A DNA stretch of 58,578 nt, from the IMG/VR virus record IMGVR_UViG_3300008107_000057, positions 1-58,578 of that record. One strand, given 5' to 3'. Source of the stretch: a virus (taxonomy: Duplodnaviria > Caudoviricetes). Under the pieces are notes generated by a model. That model was not told the DNA's origin. It ran no database searches and worked only from the letters and a program-made list of their open reading frames with translations. Below, one piece after another: positions 9,818 through 20,000 of the stretch. The translations under genes were made by a program, and so were the position numbers. Each line of letters opens with the position of its first letter. The stretch's first letter is position 1.

Positions 9818-11302
9818 ATGGCAGAGTTGGGTAGAATTTCCGGGCAGATGCTAACTGCCAATCTTGAACGATTGGGTGTAGATCTTGCGTTCGAAACTGA
9901 TCAGCTTTATCTTGATGTTAGTGCTCGCGGTATTGGTATTAATACTGATGCATTTAGTCGTCGACTAGAAGTTAATGGTACTACACAAACTCAATCTCTA
10001 ATAACTCCTCGCGTTGATGTCAACGGGTTAACCATACAGACCAATCAGATTTCCAGTCTTAGTGGCCCAATTTATATTTCTGCCAGTGGCGGTGCAGCTG
10101 GTACTGTGCGATTTGACAGGAACGAGACAGATGGATTATTCTTTGACGGTAATGTAATTGGTAGTAAACTCTTAAACTCAAGCATAGAACTTCGTCCATC
10201 TGGTTCTGGGGTTGTTAACATTATCGATAATGCTGAGATTTATGCAAATCTTCGGGTAACTGGCAACATCCAAATCGACGGCGACCTAGGATTTAAAGGA
10301 CAGTTAATTGTTGGCGATTCTGCATCAGATACTGTTACCATTAATCCTGAGTTCACACAATCATTAACTCCATACACTGATAATACATATAATCTAGGAT
10401 CTGCTAGTAAGTCCTGGAATGGCATGTTTTTATCTCAAGACACGCAGTTAAACTTTGGTAACATTCGAGCACAGTTTAATACCATAGAAACTACTGTATC
10501 TAACTCAAATCTTGAACTCTACGGCAGTGCCACAGGCGGAGTATTAGTTGAGTCTTTAAAATTTAACGATAATGTAATTTCAAATACCAACGGAAGCATA
10601 GTATTAATTCCAAATGTAATTTTTGATAAAACAACTGCAATAGTTGCTCCAGTAGGAACTACTGTAAATCGCTCTACATTAACACAGGCTGATTTTAGAT
10701 ACAATACTACAATAGATACATTCGAAGGCTTTACGACTGCTAAAACACAGTTTAACGGAGTAGCAGATTCAGATGGCAATACTCGAGTCATTGCACCTAG
10801 ACCAAGGTCACTAAACAACGACACATTAAGTTTCTTTGTTAACGGAGCACTCACAGCTACTATTAGCCCAACTGCGGTTTCGACTGATATCTTTGAAGTA
10901 AATCAAACGCTGAGATTAGCATCGGTCGGTAACCTCATCACTACTGTGCAAAACAATTTAGATATTAATTTTTTAGTATCCGGCACAGCAAGAACAAACG
11001 TTGAAGATATTGCATTTAAAGAAAATACAATATTCGGCACCGCCAATAATATAGAATTTGCTGCTACTGGACAGGGGTATTATGTATTAGCAGGAGATAA
11101 TGGATTGGTTATTCCTAACGGTCCAACGCTGACTACTATCCCTCCAAATACGCAGCTTGGCGATTTTAGATTCAATACAACATTGGGCGAGTTTGAAGTC
11201 TATGACGGTGTAGCTTATGGCCAAATTACAGGCAGCGGGCAAACTGTTACTATTGACCAAATGGAAGAATATGTCGATATTTACAGCCTAATCCTAGGCT
11301 AA
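9818..11302 (+). CDS. tail fibre-like virion protein (paralog of 11422..12930)
   Basis: N-terminal GRISG..L.ANL.R.G.DLAFETD, repeated N.I....N..L...G.G units, P.GTT..R...FRYNT..FEG motif; ends SLILG. Confidence 0.65.
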   Translation: MAELGRISGQMLTANLERLGVDLAFETDQLYLDVSARGIGINTDAFSRRLEVNGTTQTQSLITPRVDVNGLTIQTNQISSLSGPIYISASGGAAGTVRFDRNETDGLFFDGNVIGSKLLNSSIELRPSGSGVVNIIDNAEIYANLRVTGNIQIDGDLGFKGQLIVGDSASDTVTINPEFTQSLTPYTDNTYNLGSASKSWNGMFLSQDTQLNFGNIRAQFNTIETTVSNSNLELYGSATGGVLVESLKFNDNVISNTNGSIVLIPNVIFDKTTAIVAPVGTTVNRSTLTQADFRYNTTIDTFEGFTTAKTQFNGVADSDGNTRVIAPRPRSLNNDTLSFFVNGALTATISPTAVSTDIFEVNQTLRLASVGNLITTVQNNLDINFLVSGTARTNVEDIAFKENTIFGTANNIEFAATGQGYYVLAGDNGLVIPNGPTLTTIPPNTQLGDFRFNTTLGEFEVYDGVAYGQITGSGQTVTIDQMEEYVDIYSLILG

Positions 11303-11326
11303 TTCCAAAATCACATAAATAACTTA

Positions 11327-11404
11327 GTAGAAGTGTTGACCAAATGCTTCTACAATCAAACTGTGGTAAACCCGCAACGTAAGGTGGTTAACCGTGAAAC
11401 ACGG
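11327..11404 (+). ncRNA. candidate structured cis-regulatory leader RNA with a possible pseudoknot
   Basis: Starts 5 nt after TAAATA (11316-11321). Stems 11327-11337/11343-11353, 11362-11366/11372-11376 and 11392-11396/11400-11404; TGACCA (11337-11342) is complementary to TGGTTA (11385-11390). Confidence 0.5.
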
Positions 11405-11421
11405 GGTATTGAGGAGAGCAC

Positions 11422-12930
11422 ATGGCTGTTGGTCGTATTTCTGGGCCGCTCTTAAAAGCAAACCTGCTACGTAGCGGCACGGATCTGGCTTTTGAGACCG
11501 ACTTACTATTCCTGAAGGTAGCTTCGCCTACCAACACTACTCCACGAGTGGGCATCAACACGAATAATCCTCAATACGATCTAGATGTCATTGGTACAAC
11601 CCGAACAACAAATTTAGAAGTTACAAACCAAGCTAACATTGCAGGTGTTACTTTTAACGGCAATAATATTAGTTCAGATACAAACGTTCTATCGTTTTAT
11701 CCAGGTGCTAATGACTTTACTGTTTATCAATCTAAAATACAGATTGATGACATTCAAATTCAACAAAATAAAATATCAACCACTGTTTCTAACGCAAATT
11801 TAGAACTAAGAGCCAACGGTGCCGGCACAGTTGACATTTATTCAAACACAGTTATCAATGGCAATCTGCACACCACTGGCAGTATTAATGCAGATGGCAA
11901 TATTACCATTGGTGGCAATATCACTATTGGCGACGAAACCACTGATTCTATTGTTATCAACGCTGGTATTAAAAGCGACTTATTACCCGAAGTAACAAAT
12001 ACATACAATTTGGGTTCGTCAACACTGCGTTGGAAAGATTTATTTGTTGCTAAATTAAATCTTGCAGACATTGAAATCTTTGACAACGTTATTCGAAGCA
12101 TTAGCAGTAATGCTAACCTAGAATTAAGAGCCAGCGGCACTGGTGCAATTAGATTAGAGCGCATTGACATCAACGAAAATGTTATTTCTACTTGGAATAA
12201 CAACGAAGATTTAATTGTAAGACCTAGCGGCACTGGTGTTGTGCGATTTGATACCACCCAAGCAATTACATTACCAAAAGGTACAACTTCACAACGTCCA
12301 ACTGGTTCGACAGGTATGATGAGATTTAACACTGAGTTAAATCGTTACGAAGGTTTTGATGGTACTAATTGGTTTAATCTAGCAGGCGTAGAAGATATTG
12401 ACGGTAATACAAAAATTACAGCAGAATTAACACCTGGTGCGAACGATAATACTATTAGATTTTATGCGGGCGGATCAGTAGTTGCCGATATTAATACATC
12501 AAGATTTAATATTGCTAACAAATTAAGAGTTGGTAGCATTGAATTAGAAAATAATACAATTCAGTCAACAGTTACCAACACTGATCTAAGTATTCAAGCC
12601 AACGGATCCGGTAGAGTCCTTGTTGAAAATTTTGCATTTCGTGACAACACAATTACAAATACTGCAAATAATGCAGTAGTTACATTTCAACCATCTGGCA
12701 ACGGATATTTTAAAATTGCCGGTTCGAATGGATTTGTATTGCCATTTGGATCTAGCACCGGTAGACCAACTGCGTATGCAGTGGTTGGTATGACACGATA
12801 CAATACTGATACAGGAGCCATTGAAGTATGGAATGGAGCAGCCTGGGCTAACCCGTCCGGCCTGCAAGGTGCTGTAAATGAAATTACTGCAATTGATATT
12901 GCAATTGAAAAAGTTCTACAACTAGGATAA
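11422..12930 (+). CDS. tail fibre-like virion protein
   Basis: MAVGRISGPLLKANLLRSGTDLAFETD, repeated SNANLELRA.G.G units, LPKGTTSQRP..GMMRFNT..YEG; GAGGAG SD; ends VLQLG. Confidence 0.65.
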   Translation: MAVGRISGPLLKANLLRSGTDLAFETDLLFLKVASPTNTTPRVGINTNNPQYDLDVIGTTRTTNLEVTNQANIAGVTFNGNNISSDTNVLSFYPGANDFTVYQSKIQIDDIQIQQNKISTTVSNANLELRANGAGTVDIYSNTVINGNLHTTGSINADGNITIGGNITIGDETTDSIVINAGIKSDLLPEVTNTYNLGSSTLRWKDLFVAKLNLADIEIFDNVIRSISSNANLELRASGTGAIRLERIDINENVISTWNNNEDLIVRPSGTGVVRFDTTQAITLPKGTTSQRPTGSTGMMRFNTELNRYEGFDGTNWFNLAGVEDIDGNTKITAELTPGANDNTIRFYAGGSVVADINTSRFNIANKLRVGSIELENNTIQSTVTNTDLSIQANGSGRVLVENFAFRDNTITNTANNAVVTFQPSGNGYFKIAGSNGFVLPFGSSTGRPTAYAVVGMTRYNTDTGAIEVWNGAAWANPSGLQGAVNEITAIDIAIEKVLQLG

Positions 12931-12933
12931 GAT

Positions 12934-13263
12934 ATGGCAACCTTTTTTAGAAATATAGTTATACCACAAGTCGGAATTACACCGACACAGATAATTCAAA
13001 CTGGTCCTGGTAACAGAGCAACGATCATTGGTTTTAGTTTGGCTAATCTGTTAGAAGAAGCAATTCAAATTAGTATTTTGTTAACTGACTCAGCTAGTAC
13101 CACAGGGTATTATTTAAAAGACATTATTATTCCGCCATTCCAGACTCTTAGAGCAGTTAACGGTGGCGAGAAATTGATTATGACAACAGAAAATGAATTA
13201 AAAGTAGTAAGCAGCAAACCAGATTCGGTAGATGTACTAGTAAGTTTCGTGGAGATTACATAA
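12934..13263 (+). CDS. small virion beta-sandwich adaptor-like protein
   Basis: 109 aa, similar to the N-half of 8700..9284. Confidence 0.55.
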   Translation: MATFFRNIVIPQVGITPTQIIQTGPGNRATIIGFSLANLLEEAIQISILLTDSASTTGYYLKDIIIPPFQTLRAVNGGEKLIMTTENELKVVSSKPDSVDVLVSFVEIT

Positions 13264-13264
13264 T

Positions 13265-13636
13265 ATGAGTCAAACCAATTACGTCGGAGCTCCGGACCTT
13301 AGCTCATTATTGGGCGAAGGCAATATTAGATATTTCTACGCATTAAGACGAGACGACGAAGGCTTTGTATATCTTACAAAAGTTGATCAGGTACTCGGCG
13401 ATGATGTTGTTCAAGTTAACAAAGCTGGTGACGCAGCCGACGACTTTGATAACTTTGAATTTGGAATTGACTTTTTTGATGGTATTTTGGACGACAAAAG
13501 TCGCCCATTTGCAAACTTGACATTTGATCAATATAAATGGGACGAACGAAACATCTATTATTATATCAATGACGAAGGCGAACTAGTAGCTAGGATCAAC
13601 AAGAAGTATGAGTATCCAGCAGATCAGATAGTGTAA
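13265..13636 (+). CDS. hypothetical virion protein
   Basis: 123-aa acidic/aromatic ORF inside the structural operon (YFYALRRDDEG, YYYINDEGELVARIN). Confidence 0.6.
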   Translation: MSQTNYVGAPDLSSLLGEGNIRYFYALRRDDEGFVYLTKVDQVLGDDVVQVNKAGDAADDFDNFEFGIDFFDGILDDKSRPFANLTFDQYKWDERNIYYYINDEGELVARINKKYEYPADQIV

Positions 13637-13677
13637 TAAATATAAGAATAGAGAAATAATTATAAGGAATAGCAACT

Positions 13678-16600
13678 ATGGCAGAGTTTAAATTAGGTAG
13701 ATTGCGCTTTGTTTGGAAAAACATTTGGGCGATTTCTACCGCATACGTTAAAGATGACGTTATTAGATATGGTGGTAAAGTTTATGTTTGTTCGATAAGT
13801 CATACATCGAGCGCAACCGCTAATGGTGGATTTTATACTGACCTAACAGCCGCAAAATGGCAGTTAATGACCGACGGTATTCAATGGGCACAGGCGTGGA
13901 ATGTTAGCACATACTACAAAGTAGCTGACGTTGTTCGCTGGGGTGGACGTTCATATATTTGTAATACAGGTCACGTGTCAAACGCATCTGCTACCAGCGA
14001 AGCAGGCGGTCTAGAAGCCGATATTGCAAAATGGGATCTGTTAAACGATGGTATTGCATTTGCCGGAAGTTGGTCTAGTGCTGTACGTTACAAATTAAAT
14101 GATGTTGTCAGCTACGGTGGACAACTTTATATCTGCCAATTATTTCACTTATCTATTGGTTCTTTTGAACCTGCTAACTGGACATTATTTGCATCTGGTC
14201 TTCAATTTGAAGGTGCCTACAGCGGCGCAACTGCATATCAACCAGGTGACGTGGTAACCTACGGTTCAAACTCTTACGTTGCTATTCAAACCACAACTGG
14301 TAATTTACCAACTGACACAAACAATTGGACTGCTATTACCAGCGGTGTACAATTCCGTGGTGCATACGCAGGTGGTACTGCTTATAGAAAAGGCGACATC
14401 GTTAGCTTTGGTGGTTACAGCTACGTAGCTAAACAAGACTCAACCGGTAATGCTCCAAGTAATGCAACATTCTGGGATGTATTAAACGGCGGTATCAAAT
14501 ACAGCGCCACAGCATATGCTGGTGGAACAACCTACAACATCGGTGATGCAATTACCTATGGTGGGTATACTTACCTTGCCAAGCAGACAACAACTGGCAA
14601 CAGCCCAACTAATGCAACATACTGGGACGTTCTTAATAAAGGCTATACCTTTATTGGAACATATAATTCAGCAAACACATACAAGCCAGGCGAATTAGTA
14701 GCCTACGGTGGCAATTACTACGCTGCTAAAACTGATGTACTTGCTACACAAACTCCAGCTAATGCCACATACTGGGATACATTTAGTGTTGGATTCAAAT
14801 ATGAAGGTGTGTGGGCTTCACGCACAGCACCTAACAGCTATAAGAAAGGCGATGTTGTTAAACATGGTGGTCACTTATACCTCAACGTATTAGAGTCAAA
14901 CACAGAACTTCCAACCAATGCAACATACTTTTCAAAGCTAGTTGATGGATTTTCTTTTGTTGGAGCATATGCTAATGCAACAGCATACAAACCAGGTGAA
15001 GTTGTAAGATACGGTGGTCGTTCATATCTATGTATTCTAGCACATACTTCAAACACAGCCACAAATATTGAACCACCAAATGCCACATATTGGGAACTAT
15101 TAGTTGCCGGTATGAAATGGCAAGGTACATGGAGTATCTCTACAGAGTATGAAATTGATGATGTTGTATCCTTTGCATCTAGCTCATGGATTTCTGTTGT
15201 CAGCGACAACGTTGGTAATCAACCAGATTCAAGTCCAGGTAGCTGGGACTTAGTTGCACAAACAGGTGACCTAGGTCCAGTATTAACTACCACAGGCGAT
15301 ACATATTTTAGAAACTCAAGCGGTGCAGTTGCAAGATTACCAATTGGCACTAATGGTCAACAATTAGTTGTTTCCGCAGCAGGTATTCCCGGCTACGAAA
15401 ATAATAATCAAACAGCTAACGTATTCTATGTTACTCCAGAAGGTAGTAACAGCAACAACGGTCGTACAATGAATCGTGCATTTGCCACGATTAGATATGC
15501 ATGTTCACAGGTTAGTTCGGGTGCAACAATTTATGTTAAGTCCGGAACATACGCAGAATTATTACCGATCGTTGTTCCAGTAAACGTAAGTATTGTTGGC
15601 GACGGTCTTCGTACAACCAGCATCGGTCCAGCAGCAGGTACAAGTGCAGACGGCAGTACATTAAACAATAGAACAACCATGTTCTTGATGAGTGACGGCT
15701 CACAGGTTTCTAGAATAAACGTAACTGGTATGACTGGATTTGTCAAGAGTGTAGGTAGTCCTACTAACATCGAACTTGCCACTAGAGGTGGTGTGTTCTT
15801 TGGATTTAATGACGCTAGCCCAGTTGTTAACAAGAGTCCATACATTCAAGACGTGACAACATTTAGTACCGGTGGTGTGGGCGCACTCATTGACGGTGGC
15901 GTTCATGCTAGTGGTAACAGATCAATGATCTTAAACAACTTTACATGTATCAATGACAATGGAGTTGGAGTTTGGGTAAGACATGCCGGCAAAGCAGAAT
16001 TAGTTTCTTGCTTTACCTACTATTGCGTATTTGGTTTTGCAGCCAGCGATGGCGGACAGATTCGTTCATTGAACGGTAACAACAGTTACGGTACATACGG
16101 ATCATCTAGTCAAGGATTCGACACCGGCGAAACTCCACCAAACGGAACATTATATGGTAGCGATTTAGTTTGGACATTGGGTTCATTAAGTGGCGGTTCG
16201 TTTAGTCCAGGTAATACAATTACAAGTTCGGGTGGCGCAACAGGTACAGTATTGAGTGTGCAAGACAGCACTGAACGAATAATTTATAAACTTGTATCTG
16301 GCACTTTTGTTGCAGGTCAAACTATTAGCAATGGTTCAGGAGTTACTGCAACGATTGCTACCAGCGGTGTAACTGGACAGAAAGGGTTTGTATTAGCAGT
16401 CAGTGGATTCGTAGCTGAACCAATTCCGGGCGGCAGCGTTTCAATTACTGGAGATTCAACTCCATATATTATTCAAGCAGTAAGTGAATATACATCCGGT
16501 CCAGCTGGATTTAAACCAGCAGGCTTTGCATTATTGGTATTAACTACTGAAAAACTAACAGCCAGTGCTGACGGTACAGCAACTATTATTAGATACAGAT

Positions 16601-17043
16601 ATAGTAAATTGCGTTTAACTGGACACGATTTCTTAAATATTGGTACTGGTGGTATTAGTACTACAAATTATCCAGGTACTCCTACACAGGCAGCATCACA
16701 GGCAAATGAAGTAATTGAACTATTCCCAGGTCGTGTTTATTATGTAACCACTGACCAAGACGGTAATTTTAGAGTTGGTGAATATTTCAAGGTTGATCAA
16801 GCAACTGGTCGAGCAACACTGAACGCTAGTGCGTTTGACTTGAGCGGTTTGACATCATTAAGACTGGGTTCAATCGGTGCTCAAATTGGAGAACTAATTA
16901 ACGAATTTAGTTCAGACGGAACACTAAGCGGCAACTCAAACGCTGCTGTGCCAACTGAACAAGCAACAAAGACATATGTGGATAGCAACATTAATCAAAC
17001 ACAAATTAGTGGAATTGCGTTCTCCATTGCGTTGGGATCATAA
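13678..17043 (+). CDS. tail fibre/spike with 10 CBM5/12-like repeats and a beta-helix (pectate-lyase-like) domain
   Basis: Ten Y..GDVV.YGG..Y repeats (about 13740-15250), then VFYVTPEGSNSNNG...AFATIRYA...IYVKSGTYAE, typical of a beta-helix start; ends TKTYVD...IAFSIALGS. TAAATA at 13637-13642. Confidence 0.7.
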   Translation: MAEFKLGRLRFVWKNIWAISTAYVKDDVIRYGGKVYVCSISHTSSATANGGFYTDLTAAKWQLMTDGIQWAQAWNVSTYYKVADVVRWGGRSYICNTGHVSNASATSEAGGLEADIAKWDLLNDGIAFAGSWSSAVRYKLNDVVSYGGQLYICQLFHLSIGSFEPANWTLFASGLQFEGAYSGATAYQPGDVVTYGSNSYVAIQTTTGNLPTDTNNWTAITSGVQFRGAYAGGTAYRKGDIVSFGGYSYVAKQDSTGNAPSNATFWDVLNGGIKYSATAYAGGTTYNIGDAITYGGYTYLAKQTTTGNSPTNATYWDVLNKGYTFIGTYNSANTYKPGELVAYGGNYYAAKTDVLATQTPANATYWDTFSVGFKYEGVWASRTAPNSYKKGDVVKHGGHLYLNVLESNTELPTNATYFSKLVDGFSFVGAYANATAYKPGEVVRYGGRSYLCILAHTSNTATNIEPPNATYWELLVAGMKWQGTWSISTEYEIDDVVSFASSSWISVVSDNVGNQPDSSPGSWDLVAQTGDLGPVLTTTGDTYFRNSSGAVARLPIGTNGQQLVVSAAGIPGYENNNQTANVFYVTPEGSNSNNGRTMNRAFATIRYACSQVSSGATIYVKSGTYAELLPIVVPVNVSIVGDGLRTTSIGPAAGTSADGSTLNNRTTMFLMSDGSQVSRINVTGMTGFVKSVGSPTNIELATRGGVFFGFNDASPVVNKSPYIQDVTTFSTGGVGALIDGGVHASGNRSMILNNFTCINDNGVGVWVRHAGKAELVSCFTYYCVFGFAASDGGQIRSLNGNNSYGTYGSSSQGFDTGETPPNGTLYGSDLVWTLGSLSGGSFSPGNTITSSGGATGTVLSVQDSTERIIYKLVSGTFVAGQTISNGSGVTATIATSGVTGQKGFVLAVSGFVAEPIPGGSVSITGDSTPYIIQAVSEYTSGPAGFKPAGFALLVLTTEKLTASADGTATIIRYRYSKLRLTGHDFLNIGTGGISTTNYPGTPTQAASQANEVIELFPGRVYYVTTDQDGNFRVGEYFKVDQATGRATLNASAFDLSGLTSLRLGSIGAQIGELINEFSSDGTLSGNSNAAVPTEQATKTYVDSNINQTQISGIAFSIALGS

Positions 17044-17065
17044 ATATAACAAAGGATAGAAATAC

Positions 17066-20000
17066 ATGGCTAAGTCACTAATATTTAATTACACATTTTC
17101 TCCATCAACAGATTCAATTGCTGTCGACGGAAATGTGTCACAAAAGAGAGTATTGTTAGTTACTAATTTAACTGACAACATTATTTTATATAACTTTGCA
17201 GATACTTCGAAAAAGATTATCAGCAGAAGTTACAATGCGTCAACTGATGAAACTACATTCGTATTCCAATACGACTGTTCTGCAATGTCTGCTACGGACA
17301 CCTTGCAGATTTTTATTGAGCAAGATGCAACAAAGTTTGAACCGTCGGATACTTATCAAGATCCGGTGTCTAAATTCCGTGTATCTCAGCCTAATACGCT
17401 GATCGACACTGACTTTGAATACGGTCTACAAGCAACTAAATGGGAAACAGTCGAGCGTCTAAACGACGTCCCAGCATTTCACAGCATTGCCAACGATACC
17501 CCATTAACTGGTATTGTATCTATTACCACAGTTGGTACTAAGATTGTTACAGTGACCACTTCCACATCACACGGATTTGTAACAGGTACTCCGATTGATG
17601 TTCGCGGAGTTGATAGTGCATCGGCAGAAGGCACATTTATTGTTAAACGTACAACTGATACAGCATTTAGCTATGAAGCCAAAGCCGTTCAAGGTGGTAA
17701 CACAACAACTCCAGTTAATCTGTTAAGTCCATACACCACTATCACCGGTGGACGTTTTTATGTTGGTGCTCAGGTATTATTAGATAACACTGCGGCAAAC
17801 ACCGACGGTCCTATTACAACCAATGCAGGAGCTCCTGCACAGTTAACTGTAAGAACTGAACAACAACACGGTTTTGCTAATAACAGTCAATTTTATCTTG
17901 TAAACACTTTATCAAATACTTTCTTAAACTTTAATCCAGTTACTATTAGTAACTCCAGCGGTGAAGTTGACGATCGTCAAACATTGGCCGGCACAGGTGC
18001 TGTGTTTACAGCCACTATTGCTACAACTAACTTGACAATTTCTGCAATGACATCCGGTGTTGTATCGGTTGGTATGCTAGTTAGAGGTGCAGGCGTAACT
18101 GAAGGTACAATTATTACTGGTTTTACATCCGGTACATTTGGTGGTGCTGGTGTTTACACATTAAGTAAAACTAGTACTGTTGGCTCAGGTGTAACAATGA
18201 CAGGTACTAATTACAGTACTGGTTATTTCCTACCAAGCGAACCGTTCCACGTAGGTACTGTTAGACGTGAAATTACACAAGCCGGTATTAACATTTCCAC
18301 ACACGTTATTACTGTACCAGCACACGGACTAGCGTTAGGTGACAGAATTGCATACGTAGGTACAAGTTCCGGCGGATCTGCTCCGCAGGTCAACGCCAAC
18401 GTAAGTGCTAACTTTGCATTCGGTGCAGGTCCTTTGCCATCATATAGTACAACAAATGGTAGATTCTTGTATGTTGGTAACATTACCACTGATACATTTA
18501 AGTTGTTCTCAAGTCCAAAAGATGCATATGCTACAACTAACCCAATGCAGTTTAACGGTATTGGCTCTGGAACACATACATTTGTGTTCTACAAGCGCGG
18601 TGTTGATTTTATCACTGGTATTTCAAGCATTGCCAGCACCAGTGGAAGTCCAGACTATACAGTATCATTAAGCGGTAACAATACAAATATTAGTTTGAAC
18701 ATTTGGCCCAAGCAACAAATTACAATCAGTGGATCAGATGTTAGTAGCTTAAACGGTGTGTACATTGTTTCTTCTACAAGCTATTCACCAACTGGTACTA
18801 GCTTTGTAATGACTGGCCCAACTGACACCAGCGGTATTAACGTTAACGCCGGCAGTACACAAACCTATAGTATTGTAAACTCTGGCGGCAACGGGTCAAC
18901 AACGTTTAATCGTTGGGATTATATTACCACTATTGGTATCAGAGCACAGTTACATAACGACCCTGCAGTCAATGCAACTCGTGTTGCATACCATGACTGG
19001 AAGGCCAAGACTACTAAGTTCTTTGGATTACAAGATGTGCCAACCGGTAGTGACAGAATCTACATTAAAAATCACGGATTAGTAACAGGTGAGCCAGTGG
19101 TATTTGGCTTTAACGGTCAAGCGTGGTCTGGCGGTACAAACCCTCCAGTTGCCAATGCTATCTATTTCGTAAGCAGAATCAATGCAGACGAAATTGAATT
19201 GTATACCAACGAAACTGCAACAGGTTCTGGTCCATACAGTCCTGCGATAGCTAACTTGAAGATTAACTTTAGTGCAGTTACAACCCTAGCAGGCGGATTG
19301 TTTTCACTACACCCAGGTATGACCGTTGCTACCTTTACATCTCAGACAGTTGGAGCAACTGGTCAAGCACGTGACAGAGTTATTTGCTTATTCCAAAACG
19401 TCCCAGCCTGGGTGCGTGAAGGTCAAGCAATCATCCTAAGAGCAGGTTCGGGTTCAACACTGCCAACTCCAGTGGTTAACACTCCAGATACATTTACTTC
19501 ATACCAGAAGTATTATATCCGTAATGTGTTTAATCAAAACTCAACCACTGAATTCTCTCTAAGTATTACGCCAACTGGTCCTTTATTAGACTTTACTGGT
19601 GCTACTACTGCAGGTTCGGCAGGTACAACTACTGCAGGTGGTGGTAGATTCTTTGTTACAGCCATCGATGAGAATCTATATTCAAACAGTTTCTACTTAG
19701 AAAATCATGGCGGATTTGCCACAAACAGACGTGTTGGCGGAACGGTTATTACTGGCCTAACAACTGCGTATACTGGTCAGGGCGTGTATCCACAAACTCC
19801 AGACTATCCAGGTCCATTGTTTGACAAAATTACAGATGCAACTGGCCAAAACTGGCCACGTGTTAGAACATACCTATCGCAACAATCGGCAGCTCAGTTG
19901 ATTCAGGGTCTGACATTGAACGCACAGTATTATATGGTGCCAATTGATAACAACACTTTCAAATTACAGGCATACAGCACATCAGTTTTACCGTCCGGTA

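Noticed and set aside
11361-11404. GGTAAAC...GAAA resemblance to a c-di-GMP-I riboswitch
   Set aside because: The stem order and tetraloop-receptor arrangement do not fit what I recall of that family; kept only as an unassigned structured RNA.
13740-15250. Roughly 150-nt periodicity as a possible nucleotide repeat array
   Set aside because: The repeats are conserved at protein level only (CBM-like modules), with diverged DNA.
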